A DNA stretch of 64,000 nucleotides from Squalus acanthias (lineage: Eukaryota). This document shows positions 11,366-23,449 of the stretch, piece by piece; the first letter of the stretch is position 1, and each line of letters opens with the position of its first letter. The position numbers and the translations under genes were made by a program. The stretch lies in assembly GCA_030390025.1 (NCBI GenBank), contig CM059431.1, positions 128,404,001 through 128,468,000 on the forward strand. The letters are read 5' to 3'. The notes beneath the pieces are model-generated. The model did not search any database and was not told the origin of the DNA. It worked only from the letters and a program-made list of their open reading frames with translations.

Positions 11366-12885
11366 ATAAAAGCAAAATACTGTGGGTGCAGAAATCTGAA
11401 TTAAAAACAGAAAATGCTGGAAATACTCAGCCAGTCAGGCAGCATCTGTGGAGAGAGAAACAGAATTAATGTTTCAAGTCGATGACCTTTCGCAGAACTA
11501 GAAACGGTTAGAGATGTAACAGGTTTTAACAAGTACAGAGGCAGGGAAAGGGGGAGGGGAGGGGAGGAAAGAACAAAAGGGAAGGTCTGTGATAGAGTGG
11601 AAGACAGGAGAGATTAAATGACAAAAGGGATGATGGTGCAAGGTGAGGTCTAGAGGAGGTGTAAATGGGAATATCAAAATCAGCAGCAGCAGCTGATGTC
11701 CAAAAAAATGGGGGCGGATGTTATGATCTGAAATTGTTGAACTCAATGTTGAGTCTGGACAGTTGTAAAGTGCCTAATAGAAAGATGAGGTGCTGTTTCT
11801 CGAACTTACGTTGACCATCATTGCAACAGTGAAGGAGGCCGAGGACAGAGAGGCCAGAGTGGGTGTGGTCCGGAGAATTAAAATGACAGTTGATTGAAAG
11901 CTCGGGGTCACGCTAGTGGACTGAACGGAAGTGTTCTGCAAAGTGATCACCCAATCTGCGTTGGGTCTTCCCAGTGTAGGGAGACCGCATCGTGAGGAGT
12001 GAATATAGTATACTAATTGAAAGAAGTACAAGTAAATCACTGTTTCACCTGGAAGGAATATTGGGGCCCTGGACAGTTGGAAGAGAGGAGGTAAAAGGGC
12101 AGGTGTTGTATCTCCTTGCACTTGCATGGGAAGGTGCTGTGGGAAGGGGAGTGAGTGTTGGGGGTGATAGAGGAGAGGACCAGGGTGTCACGGAGGGAAC
12201 TGTCTCTTCGGAATGCTGAAAGGGGAGGGGAGGGGAAAATGTGTTTGGTGTTGGGATCACGCTGGAGGTGGCGGAAATGGCGGATATGATCCGTTGAATG
12301 TGGAGGCTGGTGGGGTGGAACGTGACGACAAGGGTCACCCTATCGTGGTTCTGGGAGGGAGGGGATGGGGTGAGATCAGAAGTGCAGGAAATGGAATGGA
12401 TACAGTCGAGGGCCCTGTCAACCACGGTGGAGGGGAATCCTTGGTTCAGGAAAAAGGAAGACATATTGGAAGCATTGGTATGGAAGGTGGCATCTTGGGA
12501 ACAGATCCGACGGAGACAGAGAAACTGGGAGAATGGAATAGAGTCCTTACAGGAAGTGAGGTTCGAGGATGCGTAGTCAAGGTAGCTGTGGGAGTCAGTG
12601 GCCTTATAATGGTTATTGGTCAATAGACTATCCCCAGAAATGGAGACAGAGAAGTTGGGGTAGGGAAGGGAAGAGTCGGAGATGAACCATGTGAAGGCGA
12701 GGGAAGGGTGGAAATTGGAACCAAAGTTGATGAAATTTTCCAGTTCGGGGCGAGAGCAGGAAACTGCACCATTAACAGTTATCAATGTTCCAGAAAAAGT
12801 GGTGAGGGAGGGCAGCTGAATAGGACTGGAACAAAGAAAGTTCTGGATATCCCACGAAAAGGCAGGCAGAGCTAGGATCCATACG
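11366..12885 (-). mobile_element. Penelope-like retroelement, longer 5'-truncated copy (RT C-terminus, GIY-YIG, terminal repeat), in partial tandem with the 4717-10594 copy
   Basis: ORF 12045..12785(-) NFHPSLAFTW...YKATDSHSYLDY.S.....CKDSIPFSQFL.LRRICS is PLE RT thumb/linker. Its 3' end matches the copy at 4717. Confidence 0.9.
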
Positions 12886-13607
12886 CATTCCCTTGCCTCA
12901 TCCCAACATCATTTGTTCAAACTGTCTCTCACTGCCAAAGCAGGTGGGAAATGAGAGGAAGACTTTGGGGTGCATAAAGCAAGATGTAGACATGGGGGCC
13001 ATTGAATAGTGGTACTTCACATTTGAGAGTGGGAGGAAGCATTCATAAGGGGTTATTTTGGCAGTTTGTGATCCCAGCCTGGAGTCTCAGTACAAGGGAG
13101 CGGGGTTGGAGATGGAATGTTTCCATATCCATCAGTCATGCCCAGTGAGACTGCACAACAGGATCAGAGCCTGGTCATGTGACCATGTACTACCTCGAGT
13201 GTGAGGGGCTTGGGCTGCTTTGTGACATAGTTCCTGGCTGCTATGTGATTGGCTCCTTTGTGATGTCACCTGGAGACAGGATTAGGTCCCTGGTTACACA
13301 CCGTCAATGTGAGTTACTGTGGGAGGTGCTGGAGTGACAGCAGATACTGTGAGTAAGTTTAGTCCATATCAATAGGGAAAAGGGAAGAAAAGAACAATAT
13401 ATTTCAAGTAAGTAATTCAACCAAATGTTATAAATTGCAAATATATTCAATTTAAATATATTCACAAGCACCAAAATAGACCCATTGTATTCCAGTTATA
13501 ACGTTCTAGAATTAATATTAATCAATTTTATATTAAAAGTTTCTTGTAGTGAGCAGTAACTCAGGAAGTTGGAGTGAGAGAAGTTGAATCATCACCACAC
13601 TAACTGG

Positions 13608-14109
13608 TAATTAATGTTGTAGCTTCTACAGCTTTTTGTGGCAACATATTCCATGGACCTACCACCCTCTGAGTGAAGTAGTTCCTCCTCATCTCAGTTT
13701 TGAAAGAGCAGCCCCTTATTCTAAGACTATGTCCCCTAGTTCTCGTCTCACCCGTCATCGGGAACATCCTCCCCGCATCCACCCGATCCAACCCCTTCAC
13801 AATCTTATATGTTTCAATAAGATCGCCTCTCATTCTTCTGAACTCCAATGAGTAGAGTCCCAATCTACCCAACCTCTCCTCATATGACCACCCCCTCATC
13901 CCCGGGATTAACCGAGTGAACCTTTTTTGCACTGCCTCGAGAGCAAGGATGTCTTTCCTTAAGTAAGGACACCAAAACTGTATGCAGTATTCCAGGTGCG
14001 GTCTCACCAATACCTTGTACAACTGAAGCAATACCTCCCTATTTTTATATTCTATCCCCCTAGCAATGAAAGCCAACATTCCATTTGCCTTCTTAATCAC
14101 TTGCTGCAC
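13608..14109 (-). mobile_element. CR1 RT fragment inserted in putative exon 2 of array unit C
   Basis: VQQVIKKANGMLAFIARGIEYK...RPHLEYCIQFW. The host sequence rejoins across it (cactaactgg|gactggagaac). Confidence 0.9.
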
Positions 14110-14667
14110 GACTGGAGAACGGTTGCTGGGTTCACAGAACGGATCTGGTGGGACCAAGACCCCCAGTTTCGAAGACAGGTTGAAACAGGAAGATTCCACA
14201 ATGACTGGAAAGGTGAGGAAGTCTCCTGAGAATCTCTTTGGTCCAGGATTTTTCCGAGGTGAGAGTCTAACCAGACACTGGGTGCTGTTCAACAGCTGCC
14301 ATAAGGCTCGGCGTTTGATGCGGCAAGTTGAACAGAGCTTAACCCCTGTGTATATCATCCCTCACCTGGGAGTACTTGACTCTTACATGAAGAGGGATTT
14401 TTATTCTGTTTTCATCCCATGCTGCACCTGAACTGGTGTGCTACATTGGATTGTGTCAAGGGAGCTGTACGCTGCATTGAGTGGATTCTGTATCTGAGTT
14501 GGCTGTTTGTTGCACCAATTTAGAAAGAGCTTAATAGTGCATCGAACCCGTACTGTAAATGACCTGGGAATGTTTGATGGAACAGTGTAGAGGGATCTAT
14601 CCCATTATTGCCCATGATGTGCCCTCCAATTATTGCTATGAATGCACCACCGCTCGATAATCCTGAT

Positions 14668-16683
14668 AAGAACATAAGAAATAGGAGCAGGAGTAGGCAA
14701 TTCGGCCCTTCAAACCTGCTCCGCCATTCTATGAGATCATGGCTGATCTTCTGCCTCAACTCCATTCACCGGCCCTATCACCATAACCCTTGATGCCTTT
14801 ACTAGTCAGAAATCTATCGGCTTCTGTTTTGAATATACCCAATGACTGAGCCTCCACAGCCCTCTGGGGTAGAGAATTCCAAAGATTCACCACCCTCTGT
14901 GTGAAGAAATTTCTTCTCATCTCAGTCCTGAATGGCCTACCCTTTATCCTGAGGCTGTGGCCCCTGGTTCTAGACTCCCCAGCCAAGGGAAACATTCTCC
15001 CAGCATCCACCCTATCAAGCCCTGTAATAATTTTGTATGCTTCAATGAGATCCCCTCTCATTCTTCTGAATTCAAGAGAATACAGGCCTAGTTTACTCAA
15101 TCTCTTCTCATACGACAGTCCCGCCATCCCAGGAATCAATCTCGTGAACCTTCGTTGCACTCCGTCTATGGTAAATATATCCTTCCTTAGGTAAGGAGAC
15201 CAAAATTGTACACAGTACCCCAGATATGGTCTCACCAAGGCCCTATATAATTGGAGTAAGACTTCTTTACTCCTGTACTCAAATCCTCTTGTAATGAAGG
15301 CCAGCATACCATTTGCCTTTGTAATGGCTTGCTGCACCTGCACATTCACTTTCAGTGACTCATGTACAAGGACACCCGGGTCCCTTTGAGCATCTGCATT
15401 CCCCAATCTTTCACCATTTAGGAAATACTCTGCCTTTCTGTTTTTTCTACCGAAGTGGATAACTTCACATTTATTCACATTATATTCCCTCTGCCATGTT
15501 CTCGCCCACTCACTGAGCCTGTCGAGATCCCCTTGAAGCCTCTTCACATCCTCTTCACAACTGACACTGCCACCTAGCTTTGTATCATCAGCAAATTTGG
15601 AAATGTTACATTTAGTCCCCTCATCCAAATCATTGATATAGATTGTGAATAGCTGGGGCCCAAGCACCGATCCTTGCGGGACCCCACTAGTCACAGCCTG
15701 CCATCCTGAAAAAGACCCGTTTATCCCTACTCTTTGTTTTCTGTCTGTTAACCAATTCTCAATCCATGCTGGTATATTCCCCCCAATTCCATGTGCCCTA
15801 ATTTTGTTCACCAACCTCTTGTGTGGGACCTTATCGAAGGCCTTCTGAAAATCCAGATACACCACATCTGCCAGTTCCCCTTTGTCTACTCCACTAGTTA
15901 CATCCTCAAAGAACTCCAATAGGTTTGTCAAACAGGATTTCCCTTTCAGAAATCCATGTTGACTCTGCCCAATCTTACTATTAGTTTCTAAGTGCCCAGT
16001 TATTGCATCCTTTATAATAGATTCCAGCATTTTCCCAACAACTGATGTGAGGTTAACAGGTCTGTAGTTCCCCGTTTTCTCTCTTCCCTCCTTTCTTAAA
16101 TAGCGGGGTTACATTTGCTATCCTCCAATCTGCAGGAACCATTCCAGAATCTATAGAATTTTGGAAGATGACAACCAATGCGTCCACTATCCCAATGGCC
16201 ACCTCTTTCAAAACCCTAGGATGTAGGTCATCTGGTCCTTGGGATTTATTGACTTTTAGTCCCATTAATTTTGCTAGTATTATTTTTTTACTAATAATAA
16301 TTTCTTTAAGTACCTCATTCTCGCCACACCCTTGGTTTTCTCGTATTTCTGGGAGGTTTTTCGTGTCTTCCTCCGTGAAGACAGAAACAAAGTATTTATT
16401 TAATTTCACTTGCCATTTCCTCATTCCCCATTATAAATTCTCCCGTCTCTGACTGTAAAGGACCTACATTTACCTTCGCATGTCTTTTCCTTTTCACATA
16501 CCTATAGAAGCTTTTACAATCTGTTTTTATATTTTTCGCTAGTTTGTGCTCATATTCCATTTTCCCTTTCTTTATCAATTTTTTGGTCCCCCTTTGCTGA
16601 TTTCTAAAAAGATCCCAATCCTCAGGCTGACCATTTTTTCTGGCAACTTTATAAGCTTCCTCCTTTGACTTAATACCAGCTAA
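14668..16683 (-). mobile_element. 5'-truncated, relatively young CR1 LINE
   Basis: Tail reads ataagaacataagaaatagg. Long open RT frame. The overlapping part is nearly identical to the 62405-63118 copy. Confidence 0.95.
14756..16030 (-). CDS. CR1 ORF2 reverse transcriptase, partial, 424 aa open
   Basis: QHGF, YLDFQKAFDKVPH, SGVPQGSVLGP and KFADDTKL motifs with no stops. Frameshifted upstream. Confidence 0.85.
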   Translation of the reverse strand: MLESIIKDAITGHLETNSKIGQSQHGFLKGKSCLTNLLEFFEDVTSGVDKGELADVVYLDFQKAFDKVPHKRLVNKIRAHGIGGNIPAWIENWLTDRKQRVGINGSFSGWQAVTSGVPQGSVLGPQLFTIYINDLDEGTKCNISKFADDTKLGGSVSCEEDVKRLQGDLDRLSEWARTWQREYNVNKCEVIHFGRKNRKAEYFLNGERLGNADAQRDPGVLVHESLKVNVQVQQAITKANGMLAFITRGFEYRSKEVLLQLYRALVRPYLGYCVQFWSPYLRKDIFTIDGVQRRFTRLIPGMAGLSYEKRLSKLGLYSLEFRRMRGDLIEAYKIITGLDRVDAGRMFPLAGESRTRGHSLRIKGRPFRTEMRRNFFTQRVVNLWNSLPQRAVEAQSLGIFKTEADRFLTSKGIKGYGDRAGEWS

Positions 16684-16782
16684 TGGATGGTCAATCCATT
16701 TATTGTCTTTGATGCCCCTTCTTGTTATAGGGAATAGACTGGTTTCAGAACACAGAAGAGGGTGTAATGCCCCTGCCTCATC

Positions 16783-16896
16783 AATACAACAGTGACTACA
16801 CTCCAAAAAAGTACTTCATTTGCTGCAAAGTGCTTTGAGACGTCTGGCACGTGAAAGGCACTACATAAATGTAAGTCTTTCTTTCTGTCTTTCTTT
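16783..16896 (+). mobile_element. 3' tail of a Deu-domain/L2-dependent SINE
   Basis: tacaacagtgactacactccaaaaaagtacttcatt...gtgaaaggcactacataaatgtaagtctttctttc is an L2-like 3' end, inserted into the array unit. Confidence 0.6.
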
Positions 16897-17242
16897 CACC
16901 CCAACATCATTTGCTCAAACAGCCTCTCACTGCCAAAGCAGGTGGGAAATAACCATGCCTGATGTAACCAAAGATGTTTTATAAATACATTAAGAGCAAG
17001 AGGTTAACGAAAGTAAGAGTAGGGCCTATTTGGGCCCATAAAGGTAACCTGTGTGTGGAAGTAGAAGACATGGATATGGTTCTTAATGAATACTTTGCTT
17101 CTGTTTTCACAAAAGAGAGGGATGATGCAGACATTGCAATCAGGGAGGAGGAGTGTGAAAGATTAGATGAAATAAACATCGTGAAAGAGGAAGTATTAAG
17201 GTGTTTAGCATCTTTGAAAGTGGATAAATCCCCAGGCCTGGA

Positions 17243-20200
17243 TAGAAACATAGAAACATAGAAGATAGGAGCAGGAGTAGGCCATTCGGCCCCTCGAGCC
17301 TGCTCCGCCATTTAATGAGATCATGGCTGATCATCCAAATTCAGTACCCTGTCCCTGCTTTCTCCCCATATCCCTTGATCCCTTTAGCCTTAAGAAAGAT
17401 ATCTAACTCCTTCTTGAATATATTTAATGAATTGGACTCAACTGCCTTCTGTGGTACAGAATTCCACAGTTTCACCACTCTCTGGGTGAAGAAATTCCTC
17501 CTCATCTCTGTCCTAAATGGCTTACCCCTTATCCTTAGACTGTGACCCCTGGTTCTGGACTCCCCCGCCATCGGGAACATCCTTCCTGCATCTAGTCTGT
17601 CTAGTCCTGTTAGAATTTTATAAGTTTCAATGAGATCCCCTCTCATTCTTCTAAACTCCAGCGAATATAAGCCCAATCGACCCAATCTCTCCTCATACAT
17701 CATTCCTGCCATCCAGGTATCAGTCTGGTGAATCTTCGCTGCACTCCCTCCATGGCAAGAACATCCTTCCTCAGATAAGGCGACCAAAACAGCACACAAT
17801 ACTCAAGGTGTGGTCTCACCAAGGCCCTGTAAAACTGCAGCAAGACATCCTTGCTCCTTTACTCGAATCCTCTCGCTATGAAGACCAAAATACCATTTGC
17901 CTTCTTAACCGCCTGCTGCACCTGCATGCTTACCTTCAGCGACTGGTGCACAAGGGCACCCAGGTCTCGTTGCACTTCCCCTTCTCCCAATCTATTGCCA
18001 TTCAGATAATAATCTGCCTTCCTGTTTTTGCCACCAAAGTGGATAACCTCGCATTTATCCACATTATACTGCATCTGCCATGCATCTGCCCAATCACCCA
18101 ACCTGTCCAAATCATACTGGAGTTTCTCTGCATCCTCCTCACAGCACACACGCCCACCCAGCTTTGTGTCATCTGCAAACTTGGAGATATTACATCTAGT
18201 TCCCTTGTCTAGATCATTAATATATATTGTGAATAGCTAGGGTCCTAGCACCGATCCCTGCGGTACCCCACTAGTCACTGCCTGCCACTCGGAAAAAGAC
18301 CCATTTATTCCAACTCTTTGCTTCCTGTCTGCCAACCAGTTCTCTATCCTGTAAGGGGTTCTGTGTCGTGCTTGTATCGCAGACGGTGCTGGTGCGGGGT
18401 TAGGCCTTCGTTGCCCAATACTATTGCTTGCTCTGGTCTCCAGCCAGCCTTGTTGCAATAAGCACCTGTGAGTGTTTCGACCCACTCGCCCTTACGGTTC
18501 TAACACTGGACTTAGGTGCGAGAGCAGTAATGCAGAGAAAAACTCAAATAGACCTGGTTGAATAGTACGAAATGGAAATCTTTATTGCATTGCGTCTAAA
18601 ATCATGAAGTACATGTCATAGGCACAAATTAACGATAGTACAAGTATACATACATTCATAAAGCTTGGTCTATGGTAATGAAGAACGCACGGCACATCGT
18701 AAAAAGGGGAACACATTATACTTTATCCTTATTGAAAACCACCCTCCCTTATCAATACCTACACTACGTCTAGATTTGTAGGATCGGGAAACATGCTCAC
18801 CACTCGTGATACTTCGGAGAATTTTAAAGTAAGGCACTCGGCTCGTTTCACTGCAGCACCTGACTGTCACGTGTTTGGAGGGGTCTCTGTACCCCACTTG
18901 TTTATCTTCGCTGCTGCGGCAGGCAGGCTGGGCTCCCCGTTGTCATGAAGAACTCGACAGTGCTCGGGCCCGGCTGTAGAACTCAAAGAAAAGTCTTCCA
19001 GGACCGACACCAGTTACCGATAGAATTCAAAGAAGAGTCTTCTTGTATCGACACCGGTTGTCGATAGAATTCGAAGAAGAGTCTTTCACTGGTTCGTGCA
19101 GCAACCTATAGATTTCAAAAATGGTCTATATATTTTCGGGCGCGGTCGGGGTTTACTGACAGCGGTGGCCAGGGGACTCTTCTTCTTCTCCTCTCATCTT
19201 GTCTTGTCTTTTCGGGCCTTCGGGTCCAGAACACCTTTTACCGACACTTGGGATGGTGCACCCGGTTACGCGCCCTCTGTCGAGGCGGCTCGTCCCGATT
19301 GAGCTCCACCCAACATTCGAATAACCGTCCAGTGCGGCTAAAAGTCCAGAGTCAACAGAGTCCAGAGAAACACAGAAGGCTGCTCGTCCAGCAGAGTTCA
19401 GCCCCCGTCAAGAGTCCACAGAGATAAGAGAAATAAAAGCAAGCGAGTGATGGACATTTGTTCACTATAGTTATAGTGCTGTGTCCCCTTATCTCCCGCC
19501 CAAATCTTAATGTTTGTCCTTTGTGAAATATTGGCACTTAAAACTCCCAGCATGGGGCGATTCTTGTCTGTAATGGGTTTCGGTAGCACCTGAAACTGGC
19601 CAACTACCCGTTAATGTTTTCCCCATTGTTGAACCGGCTCGGAGCCTCCCTGGCTGGGTTTTGGGGGCCCCCGAATACTTGTTTAATCACCCGAGAATGG
19701 CTCTCTCATTGTAGAGCCGTGGGGGTATTTGCGTATTGATGTGTCTGGATGGGCCTTCGATTGCCCAGTACAATGGTCCTTACTTGTGCATGGAAAACGA
19801 TTCCAGCACTCATATCTTATGCTATTGTTTCGAATGCAAACAGGTTGCATCCTGTCTTTATCAATGTCTGCTGAGAATTATCCAATCTTATACTGGAATG
19901 TTTATTCGAACGCCTTCTTGTCTGCCCACTGAAAATTCTGGAAGCTTCTGTCACGATGCGTGGCGGCCATTTTACAGGCTTCTGTGTCTTGTTTAATCAT
20001 GACAGCATTTCGTTTAAATAAACTGATCAAACGAATCTGCTTCTAACTCGTTATTTCGAATCGCGATAATTGCGAAACTTTACAATCCCAGTCAGTACCT
20101 TACCCCCAATCCCATGTGCTTTAACTTTGCATGCTAATCTCTTATGCGGGACCTTATCGAAAGCCTTCTGAAAGTCCAAATACACCACATCCACTGGTTC

Positions 20201-20671
20201 TCCCTTATCTATTCTACCAGTTACATCCTCAAAAAATTCCAGTAGATTAGTCAAGCACGATTTACCTTTTGTAAATCCATGTTGACTTTATCCGATCCTG
20301 TCACTGTTTTCCAAGTGCTCTGTTATTACATCTTTTATAATGGACTCTAGCATTTTCCCCACTACCGATGTCAGGCTTACTGGTCTATAATTCCCCGTTT
20401 TCTCTCTACCACCTTTTTTAAATAGTGGGGTTACATTAGCTACCCTCCAATCCATGGGAACTGTTCCAGAGTCTATAGAATTTTGGAAGATGACCAGCAA
20501 TGCATCTACTTTTTCTAGGGCCACTTCCTTAAGTACCCTAGGATGTAGATTATCAGGCCCTGGGGATTTATCGGCCTTCAATCCCGTCAATTTCCCTAAC
20601 ACCATTTCCCTACAAATACTGATTTCATTCAGTTCCTCCCTCTCATTACACCATATGTTCCCCGACATCTC
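17243..20671 (-). mobile_element. CR1 LINE (17243-18349 + 20085-20671), split by a solo LTR
   Basis: Tail reads agaaacatagaaacatag. RT motifs are continuous across the LTR. Confidence 0.9.
18350..20084 (-). mobile_element. Solo LTR, 1735 bp (ERV or Gypsy class undetermined; orientation inferred)
   Basis: Termini TGTAAG...CTTTACA (TG..CA with short inverted repeat). 4-bp TSD ATCC at 18346-18349 and 20085-20088. TATA-like motif at 19127-19132 and minus-strand AATAAA at 18581-18586. No long ORF. Confidence 0.85.
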
Positions 20672-22216
20672 CTGGAGGTATCCCAGACTGTTAATAGAAG
20701 TAAGAGAGGAAATAGCAGAGGCTCTGACCATCATTTTCAAGTCCTCTCTGGCTACAGGTGTGGTGCAAGAGGACTGGAGGACTGCTAACGTGGTACCGTT
20801 GTTTAAAAAGGGAGAATGGGATACACCGAGTAATTAGAGCCTAACCTCGGTGGTGGGAAAATTAATGGAAAAAATTCTGAGGGACAGGATAAATCTTCAT
20901 TTAGAAAGACACGGATTAATCAGAGACAGTCAGTATGGATTTCTTAAGGGAAGGTCGTGTCTGACTAACTTGATTGAATTTTTTGAGGAGGTAACAAGGA
21001 GGGTCGATGAGGGTAATGCGTTTGATGTAATTTATGTGGATTATAGCAAGGCTTTTGATAAGGTCCCGCATGACAGACTGGTCACAAAACTAAAAGCCCA
21101 TGGGATCCAAGGCAAAGTGGCAAGTTGGATCCAAAATTGGATCAGCGGCAGGAAACAAAGTGTAATGGTCTAAGGGTGTTTCTGTGACTGGAAGGCTGTT
21201 TCCAGTGGGGTTCCGCAGGGCTCAGTACTGAGTCCTTTGCTTTTTGTGGTATATATCAATGATTTGGACTTGAATGTAGGAAGTATGATTAAGAAGTTTG
21301 CAGATGATACAAAAATTGGTCATGTGTTTGATAATGAAGAAGAAAGCTGTAGACTGTAGAAAGATATCAATAAATTGGTCAGGTGGGCAGAACAGTGGTA
21401 ACTGGAATTTAATCTGGAGAAGTGTGAGGTAATGCATTTGGGGAGGGCTAACAAGGCAAGGGAATACATTATAAATGAGAGGACACTGAGAAGTGCAGAA
21501 GATCAGAGGGACCTTGGAGTGCATGTCCACAGATCCCTGAAGGTAGCAGGACAGGTAGATAAGGTGGTTAAGGAGGCATGTGGGATACTTGCCTTTATTA
21601 ACCGAGGCATAGAATATAAGAGCAGGGAGGTTATGCTTGAACTGTATAAAACACTAGTTAGGCTGCAGCTAGAATACTGCATGCAGTTGTGGTCACCACA
21701 TTACAGGAAGGGTTTGATTGCACTAGAGGGGGTGCAGAGGAGATTTACGAGGATGTTGCCTGGGCTGGGAAATTTTAGCTATGAGGAAAGATTGAATAGG
21801 CTGTGGTTGTTTTCTTTGGAACAGTGGAGGCTGAGGGGGGACCTAATTGAGGTGTATAAAATTATGAGGGCCTAGATAGAGTGGATAGGAAGGACCTATT
21901 TCCCTTAGCAGAAGGGTCAATAACAAGGAGGTACAGATTTAAAGTAATTGGTCAGAAGTTTAGAGGGGATTTGAGGAGAAATATTTTCACCCAGAGGGTG
22001 GTGAGGGTCTGGAACTCACTGCCTGAAAGGGTGGTAGAGGCAGAGACCCTCATCACATTTAAGAAGTACTTGGATATGCACTTGAAGTGCCATAACCTAC
22101 AAGGCTACGGACCAAGTGCTGGAAAGTGGGATTAGGCTGGATAGCTCTTTGTCGGCCGGCGCGGACAAAATGGGCCGAATGGCCTCCTTTTGTGCTGTAA
22201 ATTTTTATGATTCTAT

Positions 22217-23109
22217 GGGGGAAAAATTCAGTCGCGCCCCGTTTGGGGCGCAAATATCGTCCGGGCGCAAAAATTAGCGCCTGGCGCTAATTATCGCCAC
22301 TGACTGGAAACTTCACTTTTAACGCCCCAGGAGGTGAGTGGAGCGCTAAATCAGGCGCTGCACACCTGTCTTAAGGCGCAAAGGCCAAGGAGTGAGGCGC
22401 TAACTCAGAGCGCTGGCGAAGCTCATGTAATGTCAGTCAGCAATGGAACACACACACAATGGCACGGGCCAGTTCTTAAAGGGGATGGTTAATCTTGCTT
22501 TCCATCCACATCCTACTCATTGCAGCCTTGAATCTCGGCCTGGAGAGACTTGCACATCAAATGTGCTGGAAAGAACAAGGGAGAGTACCAGGCAAAGAGC
22601 TCAGAGTGCAGCCCCCACAGTCTCTGCTAAATCAATACAAGGAATGGAAAATCAAAATGAACCTGCAAAGTGCTGCTCAGTACCCAAAACTCCTTCACAC
22701 AATGTTGAATCTCTCCAGAAGTCTCTCCCTCTCTCTCTCAGAATGCGTAGTTCAAAAATGGCACCAACAATAAAAGGCAGGAAGCGGTCACCTTTAAATA
22801 GCGCTCCCCCTTTCCCTTCATGACTGCAGAACGCTCCCCTCAACCTGTCGTTGCTAGCGTCAGGCGGTAAGGCAGGGGGCGCCACTCAATATCCGCTCCG
22901 GGGCGATACCGGGGCGTTGCACACTCGAGTGACGTCACAATCTGCCGGCGCAGGAGATCGTGGCGGTAGTGTTTAGCGCTGCCGCAAAATGTCTAGTTAA
23001 TTTCGCGAGCGGTGCAAACTTCGCCGCGGCCGGGCGCTAGATGCTTTGCGCCCCATTAGCGTCCTCTTAAGGCGCTAACGGGAGGCGCAACCAACTGAAA
23101 TTTCCCCCC
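22217..23109. mobile_element. 893-bp non-autonomous deletion derivative related to Harbinger H2
   Basis: TIRs GGGGGAAAAATTCAG / CTGAAATTTCCCCCC and TSD TAT. The left ~340 bp and right ~400 bp are homologous to the ends of 23121-27225. Confidence 0.92.
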
Positions 23110-23449
23110 TATGATTCTATGGGGGAGAAATTCAGTATCGCCCCATTTGGGGCGCAATTATCGGCCGGGCGCAAAGATTAGCGCCTGGCGCTAATTATCG
23201 CCTCCGACTGCAAACTTGACTTTTATCGCCCCTGGAGGTGATTGGAGCGCTAAAGGCCGAGGAGCGAGGCGCTAACTCAGAGCGCGGGCGCAGCACAGGT
23301 GCTGTCAGTTAGCGATGGAACACAGACACACTGGTGCCAGACAGTTCTTAAAGGGGTCGGTTGATCTTGCACTCCAGCCACACCCTGCTCATTGGAGCCT
23401 TGAATCTCGGCCTGGAGAGACCTGTGCCTAAATCTTCCAGCCAAGGACT

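Larger units (their letters stand above)
16968..22216 (+). mobile_element. CR1 LINE (16968-17242 + 20672-22216), host of a nested minus-strand CR1 and of two Harbingers in its tail
   Basis: FYKYIKSKR...LNEYFASVF...KSPGLD, resuming YPRLL.EVREEIAEAL...AFDKVPH...FADDT. Ends in an ATTCTATG tail. Confidence 0.9.

Noticed and set aside
13600..14358. 252-aa minus-strand ORF as a novel RT fusion gene
   Set aside because: It is a chance read-through from array sequence into an inserted CR1 fragment. The non-CR1 part is not open in the other units.
19352..19996. Accessory genes (tas/bet-like) within the solo LTR
   Set aside because: Only short ORFs (under 90 aa) with no recognisable motifs are present, so foamy-virus identity is not supported by coding evidence.
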